NCBI GenBank assembly: GCA_040005235.1
Contig: JBDTZG010000090.1
Coordinates: 1-16,630, forward strand
Source of the DNA: Acidobacteriota bacterium
Lineage (GTDB): Bacteria > Acidobacteriota > Thermoanaerobaculia > Multivoradales > UBA5704
DNA length: 16,630 nucleotides
Direction of reading: 5' to 3'
A program made the translations under genes and the position numbers. Positions 5,225 through 14,149 of this stretch are shown one piece after another. The notes below the pieces were generated by a model. That model did not search any database. It worked only from the letters and a program-made list of their open reading frames with translations, and was not told the DNA's origin. The stretch's first letter is position 1. Every line of letters starts with the position of its first letter.

Positions 5225-8200
5225 TCAGAGGCTCATCAAACCGAGCTCGGCGCGTTGCGCGAGCCCCGGCGCACCCTGGGCGCGCGAGACTTCGAGCGCC
5301 TCGGTGAAGAGCCACCGCGCCCGTTCCGGTTCGCCTGCGGCCAGCTCGGCTTCGAGGCAGAGAAGCTGCGCGCGCCAATAAAAGCGCGGTCCCAAAAGCT
5401 CGGCTAGCGCCCGGGCTTCGGCGAAAGCTCGTTCGGCGTCCTCCCGCCGGCCGAGGTAGATATAGGCGTCGATCAGGAGGGAGAGAAAGTAGATCTCCGA
5501 AAGCCGGGCGCCCGACGTGCGGTACGCGGCCAAGCCCTCCAACATGCGACGCAGGCCCTCTTCTCCGCGCTCCGGATCGTCGCTCTTGACCAGCGCCCAG
5601 CCGAGCTGGAGGTTGCCGAGCGCCACGGAGGAGAAACCCTTCTCGGTCGATAGCGCCAAGAGGTCTCCGGCCAGCTCCGCCACCTGCTCCGGTTCGCTGC
5701 GCAGCTGATGCACCCAGCCGGCCGAAGAGAGCGCGTCGGCCAGGCTGAAGGGGTGGGCGATCACGTCGCGGGCGGTGCGGATCGCCGAGGCGCAACGCTC
5801 CGCCGCTTCGTCGGGGCGCCCCAGGTGCCAAAGGGCGACTCCGGAGATCGCGAGCGTCGTCACTGCGACGTCCAATCCGGTGATGAAGGTCGGAGTCCGG
5901 TCGCGGGCCGGCGAATCGAGCGCCAGGCCGGCCTCGAACTCGGCGAGCGCAGAGTCGAACTCGCCAAGGAAAAGCTGGGGCATTCCGGCGCACAGATGGG
6001 CCTCGAACTGGAGCGCGCGGTCCTTCCGGCCGAGCGCGATCTCGTTCATCCGCCGCGCGAACTCCAGGGCGGTTTCAAACGAGCAGCGCACCAGATGGAA
6101 AGCCCAGAGGCCGCGGAGCACCCAGAAGAGTTGCGGCGCCTCTCCCACCTGGGTACATAGCTCGCGGGCCCGGTCGTAGTTCGCCTCGACCTCCGGCGCC
6201 GCGTAGCCGCGGGTGGCGATCAGGGCGGGGCCGAGCATCGTGCGCAGGTCCAGCTCGGCTCGGTCGCGCGGCGGCCCCGCAGGTAGCGACTCGCAGAGCT
6301 TGAGCGCGCGTTCGAGATGGCCGATCGCCTCCAGATTCGCCGAACGCTCGGTCGCGCGCCGGCCCGCCGAGAGCCAATAGGTGATCGCCCGCTCGGCGAT
6401 TCCGGCCTCGGACCAGTGCTGGGCGACCAGCTCGGGCCGCCCTTCGGCGAGGTCGGGGAACTTCTCCTCGATCGCCCGCGCGATCCGCGAGTGATACTGC
6501 TGGCGGGTGCTCTTGAGCAGCGACTCGTAGGCCGCGTCCTGAATCAACGCATGGCGGAAAGAATAGGTGATCGCCTCGGCCACCCCGCGCTTGTAGAGAA
6601 TTTCGGCGTCCACCAGCTGATCGAGGCCGCGCCGCAGCTCGGCTTCGGGCTGGCTCGAAACCGCGCGCATCATGTCGAAACTGAACTCGCGGCCGATCGC
6701 CGCAGCGAGTTGCACCAGCTCGCGCACCGAGGCGAGGCGGTCGAGGCGCGCCATCAGCGAGTCGTGCAGGGTCGCCGGAATCGCCAGCGGCGGCAGAGGC
6801 CCGTCCAGCTCGTAGCGGCCGTCGATCGGATGGAGCAGGCCGGAATCGAGCACCATCCGGGTCAGCTCCTCGACGAACAGCGGCACGCCGTCGGTCTTGT
6901 CGATCAATTGGCGCAGCACCTCGGGCGGCAACGGCCGGCCCTCGGTCCGTTCGAGGATCAGCTCTTCGATCTCTTCGTTGGTCAAACGATCGAGAGAGAT
7001 CTGGCTGGCATAGGCGCGGCCGGCCCACGGCAGCACCCTGTCGGGCCGAAGGGTGAGCAGGATCAGCAGCCGGGTGGTCGGCGCCTGGCTCACCAGCATG
7101 TCGAGCAGCTCCTGCGTCGACGGATCGACCCAGTGAAGATCTTCGATGAAGAAGACCACCGGCCCCTTTTCGGCCATCGCCAGCACCAACGCCACGAGGG
7201 TTTCGAGCGTCCGCTCCTTCTGGCGAGGGGGCGACAGGTCGAGCGGCGGGAAGCGGTCGGTGATCTGCAGGCCCAGCATCGAAGCGAGCAGGGGAATTTC
7301 TTCGCCGATCAAGCCGTACGGCCGCAGGCCCTTTTCGAGCCGGGCGATCGTGGCGTCGATCGACTCGTCCGCGCGGAGCCCGAACACCCCCTGAAGCAGC
7401 TCGACGACCGGCGCGAGCGCGCTATGGGTTTGATACGGCGAGCACCGGCCGTCGAGCCAGGTGCGGATACGCCCGTTCGCCTTGTCTCTCAGGTGCTGCA
7501 CCAGGCGGGACTTGCCGATCCCCGCCTCGCCGACCACCGCCACCACCTGGCCGCGTCCTTCGCAGGCCCGGTCGAGGCAGCGATCGAGCGCCACGGCATC
7601 GCCCGTGCGCCCGACCAGGGGCCGCAGCCCCTCTTTGCGCTGGACCTCGAACGGGCTCACGAAGCCGCGCCAGGCGATCACCCGGAAGACCTCGATCGGC
7701 TTGGTGATTCCCTTGAGCTCGCGGGATCCGAGCGACTCGCATTCGAACAGCCCGCGCAGCAACGGGTAGGTCTTGCCGCTGATCGCCACCGTTCCCGGCT
7801 CGGCGATCGCCTGGATGCGCGCCGCGATGTTCGAAACCTGGCCCACGACCAGGGTCTCGCGCGTGTCGACCACCGGGTTCGCGATCCCGCGGCCGGTATG
7901 GATGCCGACCCGCACCTGGAGTCCAACCCCGTGCTTCGCTTCGATTTGGGTGCTGAGAGCGGCCACCGCCGGAACGATGTCGAGCCCGGCGCGCACCGCC
8001 CGTTGCGGATCGTGCTCCAGCGCGGCCGGAAAGCCGAAATAGGCCATCAGGCCGTCGCCCAGAAGTTGCGCCACGTGGCCGCCGTAGCGTTCGACGGCCT
8101 CCGAGCAGACCCGCTGGTAGCTTTGGACGACCGCGAGCAACTCCTCCGGCTCGAGCCGGTCGGCGAGCGCCACCGACCCGACCAGATCGCAGAACAGGAC

Positions 8201-8458
8201 GGTGACCGTGCGCATCACCTCGGTGGCTACCGTGAAAGTCGAGGTGATCGACTCGACGGTGGTCGTCGGGAGCGAAGGGAAAACCGGCTCGGGGGCGCCG
8301 CCGAGCAGCGCTCCTCCGCAATAGCCGCAGAACCGAAGGGCGTAACCGGCCGGCAGCTCCGCCTTGCAGCTCGGGCAGGCAAACGGAAGAGCTGCCCGGC
8401 AATGGCCGCAGAACCGAAAGCCGGGAGGGTTGTCGTTCTGGCAGCTGGTGCAGCGCAT
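5225..8458 (-). CDS. Double zinc ribbon + class III adenylate/guanylate cyclase + AAA/STAND-type ATPase + TPR protein (1077 aa)
   Basis: Four CxxC pairs (CTSC, CGHC, CPSC, CGYC). Cyclase motifs TVLFCDLVGS, LLGDGLMAYFG, RVGIHTG, SNIAARIQ. Walker A GEAGIGKS, Walker B FFIEDLHWVD, then TDGVPLFVEE, IPATLHDSLMARLDRL, FRHALIQDAAY and C-terminal helical repeats. Confidence 0.92.
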   Translation of the reverse strand: MRCTSCQNDNPPGFRFCGHCRAALPFACPSCKAELPAGYALRFCGYCGGALLGGAPEPVFPSLPTTTVESITSTFTVATEVMRTVTVLFCDLVGSVALADRLEPEELLAVVQSYQRVCSEAVERYGGHVAQLLGDGLMAYFGFPAALEHDPQRAVRAGLDIVPAVAALSTQIEAKHGVGLQVRVGIHTGRGIANPVVDTRETLVVGQVSNIAARIQAIAEPGTVAISGKTYPLLRGLFECESLGSRELKGITKPIEVFRVIAWRGFVSPFEVQRKEGLRPLVGRTGDAVALDRCLDRACEGRGQVVAVVGEAGIGKSRLVQHLRDKANGRIRTWLDGRCSPYQTHSALAPVVELLQGVFGLRADESIDATIARLEKGLRPYGLIGEEIPLLASMLGLQITDRFPPLDLSPPRQKERTLETLVALVLAMAEKGPVVFFIEDLHWVDPSTQELLDMLVSQAPTTRLLILLTLRPDRVLPWAGRAYASQISLDRLTNEEIEELILERTEGRPLPPEVLRQLIDKTDGVPLFVEELTRMVLDSGLLHPIDGRYELDGPLPPLAIPATLHDSLMARLDRLASVRELVQLAAAIGREFSFDMMRAVSSQPEAELRRGLDQLVDAEILYKRGVAEAITYSFRHALIQDAAYESLLKSTRQQYHSRIARAIEEKFPDLAEGRPELVAQHWSEAGIAERAITYWLSAGRRATERSANLEAIGHLERALKLCESLPAGPPRDRAELDLRTMLGPALIATRGYAAPEVEANYDRARELCTQVGEAPQLFWVLRGLWAFHLVRCSFETALEFARRMNEIALGRKDRALQFEAHLCAGMPQLFLGEFDSALAEFEAGLALDSPARDRTPTFITGLDVAVTTLAISGVALWHLGRPDEAAERCASAIRTARDVIAHPFSLADALSSAGWVHQLRSEPEQVAELAGDLLALSTEKGFSSVALGNLQLGWALVKSDDPERGEEGLRRMLEGLAAYRTSGARLSEIYFLSLLIDAYIYLGRREDAERAFAEARALAELLGPRFYWRAQLLCLEAELAAGEPERARWLFTEALEVSRAQGAPGLAQRAELGLMSL

Positions 8459-8463
8459 GGGCG

Positions 8464-10761
8464 TCAGAGAATCCGCGTCGGAGCGAGATCGTCGTCAGGA
8501 CCCGGATGAGACACCGAAAGAGTGCGGGAGCCGAGGTGGATCTCCTCCAACAGCTCTTCGAAACGCGGTTCGCCGCGCAGCGGATCGAATACCGGCCGGA
8601 CCCGCAGCCAGGCGAGGTCGGCCGCGCGCCAGCGGATCGCACGGGAAAGTTCCTCGATAGCGCTGCCGTTTTCGCCCAGCGAAGTATGGACCTGCGCGAG
8701 CAGTACGGGCGAAACGTAGTCGGCGCGGGATCGCACCTCCAGCTCGTGCTGAATGCGCCGCGCCGGTTCGAGCCTTCCCGCCCGGGCGTAGGCGCAGGCG
8801 AGCGCCGAGCGCATTTCGATCGCGCTGCCCGAAAGCTGGGCCGCATGTTCGAGCGCGCCGATCGCCTCGTCGTGGCGGTCGAGTTGGGAGAGCGCCTGAC
8901 CGCGGAAGAAATGGGCGACGGCGAAGCGGGGATCGAGCTCGATCGCATGGGCCAGCTCGTCGAGCGCCTCCTCGAACCGGCGCTGGAAGATGAACACCAG
9001 GCCGACGCTCGCGTGGATCGCGAGCGACAGGGGATCGAGATCCTCGGCGATCCGCAGCTCCTCGAACGCCTCCTTGAATCGGCCGCAGGGGGCGAGGACG
9101 TTCACCGCGAACCAATGGTGGGCGGTCGGATAGCGCGGATCGAGTGCGATCGAGCGCCGGAAGTCGTCCTCGGCGCCCTCCCAGTCCCATTCGTAGACCG
9201 CCTCTAGGCAGGCGAGCGAGGCGTAGACCTCGGCGCTCTTGCCGTCCAAGCCCAGCGCCTTTTCCGCCGATTCGCGAGCGCGGGGCATCACCTCGTCCGG
9301 CGCCGCCGCGCCGTAGATTCCGAGCAGCAGGTGGGCGTCCGCGAGACCGGCGTAGGCCTTGGCATAGCCGGGGTCTTTTTCGGTCGCCTGGCGGAATAGC
9401 TCGATGCTCTTCTTGAGCCCCGACTCGGTGCGCTGGTTCCAGTGGAAGCGCCCTTTGAGGTAGAGGTTGTAGGCCTCGAAGCCGCCCGCGGGCAGCACCA
9501 GGGGGCCGGCCTCGGCGATCAGCTTCGGCCGCAGGGTCTCGACGATCGAGCGGGCGATCTCCTCTTGAATCGCGAAGATGTCTTCCAGCTCGCGGTCGAA
9601 CCGGTCGCTCCACAGCTCGAAGCCGTCCGCGGTGTTGACCAGCCGGACCGTGATGCGCAGGCGCGATCCCGCCTTGCGGACGCTCCCTTCGAGCAGGGTC
9701 GAGACCCCCAGCCGGTCGCGCACGGTCCGCAGGTCGGCCTCGCCGTCCTTGGTCACCTCGAACGTCGAGGTACGCGAGGCGACGCGCAGGCCGTCGACCC
9801 GCGACAGCGCGGAGATCAGCTCCTCCGCGGTTCCGTCGCAGAAATACTGCTGGTCCTTTTCCGCGCTCATGTCTTTGAACGGCAGGACCGCGACCGAGGG
9901 TTGCGGCCGGACCGGCGTCTGGCTGGGAAACGCGGAGGTCGGACCGGTCCAGTTGTCCGTCTCTTCCAGTTCGCGAATCAGCTCCTCGGCGTTTTGATAG
10001 CGGTGCTCGGGGGATTTTTGTAGCGCCCGGGCCACGACGTCCTGCAATCGGCCGGGGACGTGCGGCGCCGCGTCGACCAGTGGTTTCGGATCGAGATGGA
10101 GGACGGCGTAGAGCGCGGCCTGCGGATGGTCGGCGCGGAACGGTTTTCGCCCCGAGAGCGCTTCGTAGAGCACCACCCCGAGCGACCAGAGGTCGGCCCG
10201 GGCGTCGATGTCGTCGCCCCGGGCGTGCTCGGGCGACATGTATTCGACCGACCCGACGATTTTGCCCACGTGGGTGACCGGCGTGCCCCCGACCAACTTC
10301 GCGATGCCGAAGTCGAGCACCTTGACCACGCCCTCCTTCGTGATCATCAAATTGGCCGGCTTGACGTCCCGGTGGACGATCCCCTGCTGGTGGGCGCGCG
10401 CCAGACCGCGCGCCGACTGCGCCACCAGGTTGGCCGCCTCGGAAGGAGACAGAGCTCCCTGCTTGAGCCGCGCCGAGAGGGTCTCGCCGTCGTAATAGGC
10501 CATGACGATGAACAGCTGGCCTTCTTCGGTCTCCGCGATCTCGAAGATTGTGCAGGTGTTCGGATGGTCGAGCGCCGAGGCGGCGCGCGCCTCTTGGAGG
10601 AAGCGCTGATTGGTCTCGACGGAGGGGCTGACGTGGGGCGGCAGAAACTTTAGCGCGACCTTACGGCCGAGCTTCAGATCCTCGGCTTTGTAGACCACGC
10701 CCATGCCACCTCGGCCGAGGCGTTCTAAGACCCGATAGTGAGAAACGACCCGGCCGATCAT
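8464..10761 (-). CDS. Hanks-type Ser/Thr protein kinase with TolB-N-like domain and TPR repeats (765 aa)
   Basis: Kinase motifs GRGGMGVVY, VALK, HRDVKPAN, DFG, GSVEYMSPE, DLWSLG. TolB-N-like segment SVAVLPFKDMS...YFCDG..EELISALSRVDGLRVASRTS. TPRs (A..LDP.Y..A). No obvious TM segment. Confidence 0.93.
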   Translation of the reverse strand: MIGRVVSHYRVLERLGRGGMGVVYKAEDLKLGRKVALKFLPPHVSPSVETNQRFLQEARAASALDHPNTCTIFEIAETEEGQLFIVMAYYDGETLSARLKQGALSPSEAANLVAQSARGLARAHQQGIVHRDVKPANLMITKEGVVKVLDFGIAKLVGGTPVTHVGKIVGSVEYMSPEHARGDDIDARADLWSLGVVLYEALSGRKPFRADHPQAALYAVLHLDPKPLVDAAPHVPGRLQDVVARALQKSPEHRYQNAEELIRELEETDNWTGPTSAFPSQTPVRPQPSVAVLPFKDMSAEKDQQYFCDGTAEELISALSRVDGLRVASRTSTFEVTKDGEADLRTVRDRLGVSTLLEGSVRKAGSRLRITVRLVNTADGFELWSDRFDRELEDIFAIQEEIARSIVETLRPKLIAEAGPLVLPAGGFEAYNLYLKGRFHWNQRTESGLKKSIELFRQATEKDPGYAKAYAGLADAHLLLGIYGAAAPDEVMPRARESAEKALGLDGKSAEVYASLACLEAVYEWDWEGAEDDFRRSIALDPRYPTAHHWFAVNVLAPCGRFKEAFEELRIAEDLDPLSLAIHASVGLVFIFQRRFEEALDELAHAIELDPRFAVAHFFRGQALSQLDRHDEAIGALEHAAQLSGSAIEMRSALACAYARAGRLEPARRIQHELEVRSRADYVSPVLLAQVHTSLGENGSAIEELSRAIRWRAADLAWLRVRPVFDPLRGEPRFEELLEEIHLGSRTLSVSHPGPDDDLAPTRIL

Positions 10762-10862
10762 GTTCGGTTCGCCCGGAAGGAGGGCAACCGCGACCCCGAA
10801 CCGAGGGGTTTGCCGGGCTGCGACCTACGATCCGAAGCTCTGGAGCTCCTTCTTTAGCGCGG

Positions 10863-10871
10863 ATCATAGCA
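10863..10871 (-). promoter_or_regulatory. Possible extended -10 promoter for the kinase-cyclase pair
   Basis: Minus strand TGCTATGAT about 100 nt upstream of the kinase ATG. No recognisable -35. Confidence 0.35.
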
Positions 10872-10918
10872 GCGGTGCTTGCCGCCGGGCCGCAGCCGGC
10901 CCTAAAGAGTCTTTGACC

Positions 10919-11959
10919 TTACTGCACGTCGCCGGTGATCACGACTTCGAGCTTCGGAATTTTCTGGCTGTCGGTATGTAACACCAGGTTCGCGGTGAAG
11001 GGCCCCTTCGGCGCATCGGGCGAGAGGGTCAGGCGGATCATGTACTCCCGGCCGTCCTGAATCGCGTCGAACACCGTTTCGAGGCCCTTGCCGCTCATCG
11101 GGTTGTCGATCGAGGTGAGCTTGATGTCCTCGGTCGCGAAGTTGCGGACGTTGAGGGTCTTGGTCACCTTCTCTTTGACCACGACCTTGCCGAAGTCGCC
11201 GGCCGGCGGGGTGACCGCGACCACCGGGCGGACAAAACCGGAGATCGGGATCTGCACCAGCTTCTGCTTCGGGTGGGTGGTGTGAACCGTCAGATAGTCG
11301 GCCAGGCTGCCCACCGGAGCGGCGAAATTGTCGAGCGTCATCTCGATCTGCCACTGCTTGCCCTTGGCGTCGGGCAGGCGCTCGGTGTCGCTCGCCTGAT
11401 GGAACGTCGCCTTCAGGTACGGAAACGGCGAGACCACGTCCGTGACCGCGAAATCGGAGCCGTCCGGCGCCCAAATGCTTTGGATGATCACGCCCGCCTT
11501 CGCCTCGCCCTGCACCGTCAGGTAGCGCGCATAGCCGGGCTTGACCTGGATGTACGGCTCGACCTTCGCCTGGATGGTGAGCTGGATGCGCGGGTTGTCG
11601 GTGTCGTTGGTGTAGACCGAGATACCCTTGGAAATCGGGCCGTTGAACGTCGTGGTCTCGACCACCGCGTGGACCTTGCCGGTCTGGCCGGGTGCCACGC
11701 TCTTGTCGAACTGGGCGACCGTGCAGCCGCACCCCGGCTCGACGCGCTGGATCTCCAGCGTCGCCTGGCCCTCGTTCTTGATCAGAAAATCGTGGACGAC
11801 CTGCTCGCCCTTGGCGACCGTTCCGGCGTCGAAAGTCGCCTCGACGATGACCGCTTTCGGCTTGGTGGTCGGAACCGGGGTGTCGGCCCCTTTCGCCGCG
11901 GCGGCGAGCGGCAGAGCGAGGCACAGCGTCAAAATGGCGGTCTTGGTGCTTCGGTTCAT
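10919..11959 (-). CDS. Exported DUF1573-domain (Ig-like repeat) protein, 346 aa
   Basis: Signal peptide MNRSTKTAILTLCLALPLAAAAKGA. DUF1573 pattern FD.G.V..G..V.H.F..KN.G...L.I..V.PGCGCT......APG..G, followed by two further beta-sandwich segments. SD AGGAG. Confidence 0.85.
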   Translation of the reverse strand: MNRSTKTAILTLCLALPLAAAAKGADTPVPTTKPKAVIVEATFDAGTVAKGEQVVHDFLIKNEGQATLEIQRVEPGCGCTVAQFDKSVAPGQTGKVHAVVETTTFNGPISKGISVYTNDTDNPRIQLTIQAKVEPYIQVKPGYARYLTVQGEAKAGVIIQSIWAPDGSDFAVTDVVSPFPYLKATFHQASDTERLPDAKGKQWQIEMTLDNFAAPVGSLADYLTVHTTHPKQKLVQIPISGFVRPVVAVTPPAGDFGKVVVKEKVTKTLNVRNFATEDIKLTSIDNPMSGKGLETVFDAIQDGREYMIRLTLSPDAPKGPFTANLVLHTDSQKIPKLEVVITGDVQ

Positions 11960-12076
11960 AGCGGCCTGCTCCTTGGCAAGGGACTGATATCACCCACGGG
12001 TCGAATAGGTGGATGCTACACTCTGTCGTCCCGAATCGAACCTGATCCAACCTCGTTTTCTCAAACCCTGGACGCC

Positions 12077-13561
12077 GTGACGACTCCGACTCTCAACGTC
12101 TATCTGATCGCGATCGGTGGCACGGGCATGGCGCCGCTCGCGTGCCTGCTGCAAGAGCAGGGCCATCACGTCCGCGGCACCGACGGGCCACTCTACCCGC
12201 CGATGAGCACGCTGCTCGAAGCGGCGGGCATCCGTCCGGAGGTCGGTTGGGACGTCGGACACCTCTCGCCCCGGCCGGATCTGGTGGTGGTGGGCAACGC
12301 GGTGCGCCGCGACAACCCCGAGGTGGTCGAGGCGGAGCGGCTGGGAATCGAGCGCCTGTCGATGCCCGAGGCGCTCGCGCGCTTCTTTCTTTCCTCGCGC
12401 CGGCCGCTGGTGATCGCGGGAACCCACGGCAAGACGACCACCACGGCGCTCGCCGCCTGGGTCTACACCCGCTGCGGGCAGAACCCGGGCTACCTCGTGG
12501 GCGGCGTCCCGAAGGGGCTTCCCGCGAGCTTTCACATCGGCACCGGGGACCGGTTCGCGATCGAGGGGGACGAGTACAACGCCTCGTTCTTCGATCGCGG
12601 TGCCAAGTTTCTCCACTACCTGCCCGAGACGCTGATCCTCACCAGCGTCGAATACGACCACGCCGATCTCTACGCTTCGCCCGAGGCTCTGCGCGAGACC
12701 TATCGGCGACTGATCGCGCTGCTTGCCCCGACCGGTTGCCTGATCGCTTGCGGCGACGATCCCCACCTTCGCGCGCTCGCCCAAGAGGCCCGCTGCCCGG
12801 TGGTTCTCTACGGCCTGGGACCCGAATGCACGCTCCGGCCGCTCGCGCCGATCGAGGCAACCGCCTCCGGCAGCCGTTTTCGGGTGGCCGATCCGGGGGG
12901 CGCTTCCAGGGCCGGAGGGGGGACTGAAACGGGAACCACCGAGGTCGAGATTCGCCTGGCGGGCGAGCACAACGTGGCCAACGCCCTGGGCGTCTGGGCC
13001 GCGGCCCGGCGTGACGGCCTACCGGTCGACGAGGTGAAGGCGGCGCTCGCGAGCTTCGAAGGAGTGAAGCGCCGCCTGGAGGAGCTGGGAACCTTCGGAC
13101 CCGCTGGAGCTCCCGGAATCACCGTGGTCGACGATTTCGCCCATCATCCGACGGCGGTCGAGAAGACCCTCGGCGGTCTCGCGCAGCGCTACCCTGACCG
13201 GCGCCTGATGGTTCTGTTCGAGCCGCGGAGCCTCACCGCCGGCCGAAGCTTCTTCTACGACCTCTATAAGACCGCTTTTTCCCGCGCCGGCCGGGTGCTG
13301 TTCGCCCCGACTTTCCACGCCGGGCGCTTGACCGACGAGGAGCGGCTCGATTTCGCCGCGCTCGCCGCCGACCTGAACCGCTCGGGGGTGAGCGCCCAGG
13401 TGTTTCCGACCAACGAAGCCCTGCTTGCCGCCGCCCTCGCGGAAGCGAAATCGGGCGACGTGCTGATCACCATGTCCTCCGGAGCGTTCGAAGGAATGCC
13501 GGGCAAGCTCGTGGCCGCCCTCGGCGCGACGGCTCCGCCCTTGCCCCGACCCCTTCCTTGA
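12077..13561 (+). CDS. mpl: Murein peptide ligase Mpl (UDP-MurNAc:L-Ala-gamma-D-Glu-mDAP ligase; MurC family), ~494 aa
   Basis: Start reassigned to GTG 12077 because the track's upstream extension overlaps the DUF1573 gene. Motifs IAIGGTGMAPLA, the Mpl-typical YPPMSTLLE, AGTHGKTTT, EGDEY...FFDR.AKFLHY, DHADLY, DDFAHHPTA, FEPRS. Confidence 0.88.
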   Translation: MTTPTLNVYLIAIGGTGMAPLACLLQEQGHHVRGTDGPLYPPMSTLLEAAGIRPEVGWDVGHLSPRPDLVVVGNAVRRDNPEVVEAERLGIERLSMPEALARFFLSSRRPLVIAGTHGKTTTTALAAWVYTRCGQNPGYLVGGVPKGLPASFHIGTGDRFAIEGDEYNASFFDRGAKFLHYLPETLILTSVEYDHADLYASPEALRETYRRLIALLAPTGCLIACGDDPHLRALAQEARCPVVLYGLGPECTLRPLAPIEATASGSRFRVADPGGASRAGGGTETGTTEVEIRLAGEHNVANALGVWAAARRDGLPVDEVKAALASFEGVKRRLEELGTFGPAGAPGITVVDDFAHHPTAVEKTLGGLAQRYPDRRLMVLFEPRSLTAGRSFFYDLYKTAFSRAGRVLFAPTFHAGRLTDEERLDFAALAADLNRSGVSAQVFPTNEALLAAALAEAKSGDVLITMSSGAFEGMPGKLVAALGATAPPLPRPLP

Positions 13562-13569
13562 CGCACAAT
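13541..13569 (+). promoter_or_regulatory. Possible sigma70 promoter giving a leaderless mRNA for the DUF2318 gene
   Basis: TTGCCC (13541-13546), 17-nt spacer, CACAAT (13564-13569), then 7 nt to GTG 13577. No SD precedes that GTG. Confidence 0.4.
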
Positions 13570-13576
13570 ACCGGCC

Positions 13577-14050
13577 GTGCGATTCCGTCCCATCCATGGC
13601 ATTCTCGCGATCGGCCTGTTCGTGGTCATCGGGTTGATTGCCGAGCTGGCGCTCGCCGGTCGGCTGGGCAAGAACGGCTTCGAGCGGGTGAGCCCCGGGC
13701 CGGACCATCAGGTCTCGATCGACGTGGGCAAGCTCAGGCCTCTGCAGGTTCGGTTCTACCGGTTCTTGAACTCGGCGAACCAGGAGGTCAAATTCTTCGT
13801 CGGCCGGGACGCCGAGGGCACGGTCCAGGTCGCGTTCGACGCGAGCGAGGTCTGTTTCAAGACCAAGCGGGGCTTCAAAGCCCAGGGCGAGTGGGTGGTC
13901 TGCAGGAAGTGCGACAAGTCCTTCCGGCTCGCCGGGATCAACAACGGGCATGGGGGGTGTGAGCCGGTGCAACTGGCTCACCGCGTAGAAGGGGATCGGG
14001 TCCTGATCGCCGAGCAGGACATGCTGACCGGGTGGCGCTACTTCCGGTAA
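13577..14050 (+). CDS. Membrane-anchored DUF2318 / FtrD-like Fe-S-containing protein (157 aa)
   Basis: N-terminal TM helix, then VAFDASEVC....GF...G..VVCRKC...F....I....GGCEPV.L. This matches the DUF2318 pattern DACxxC...CxxC...GGCNP as I recall it. Confidence 0.78.
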   Translation: MRFRPIHGILAIGLFVVIGLIAELALAGRLGKNGFERVSPGPDHQVSIDVGKLRPLQVRFYRFLNSANQEVKFFVGRDAEGTVQVAFDASEVCFKTKRGFKAQGEWVVCRKCDKSFRLAGINNGHGGCEPVQLAHRVEGDRVLIAEQDMLTGWRYFR

Positions 14051-14093
14051 GCTCCTTTAAGTACCCCTAGACAAGTTATTTGGAATCAGCGTT

Positions 14094-14122
14094 TTGACCG
14101 GAGCGGCCGGGTGTTGTATCTT
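14094..14122 (+). promoter_or_regulatory. Putative sigma70 promoter of the mglBA operon
   Basis: TTGACC (14094-14099), 17-nt spacer, TATCTT (14117-14122), with an AT-rich tract upstream. It ends 27 nt before ATG 14150. Confidence 0.65.
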
Positions 14123-14149
14123 CCGAGCGATCCAATACGAGGTCACCCG

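Noticed and set aside
10887-10902. Hairpin GGGCCG-CAGC-CGGCCC after the DUF1573 gene as a terminator
   Set aside because: The stem is only 6 bp and there is no U-tract on the minus strand.
12014-12022. TGCTACACT extended -10 upstream of mpl
   Set aside because: Plausible, but it has no -35 or other support, so it is not listed as a feature.
11273-12076. N-terminal extension of the 762-aa ORF (apparent Mpl fusion)
   Set aside because: It is an antisense shadow of the DUF1573 gene. Mur-ligase motifs start only after 12077.
14111-14149. Track start for mglB at GTG 14111
   Set aside because: It falls within the predicted promoter spacer/-10. ATG 14150 has an SD and matches the known MglB N-terminus.
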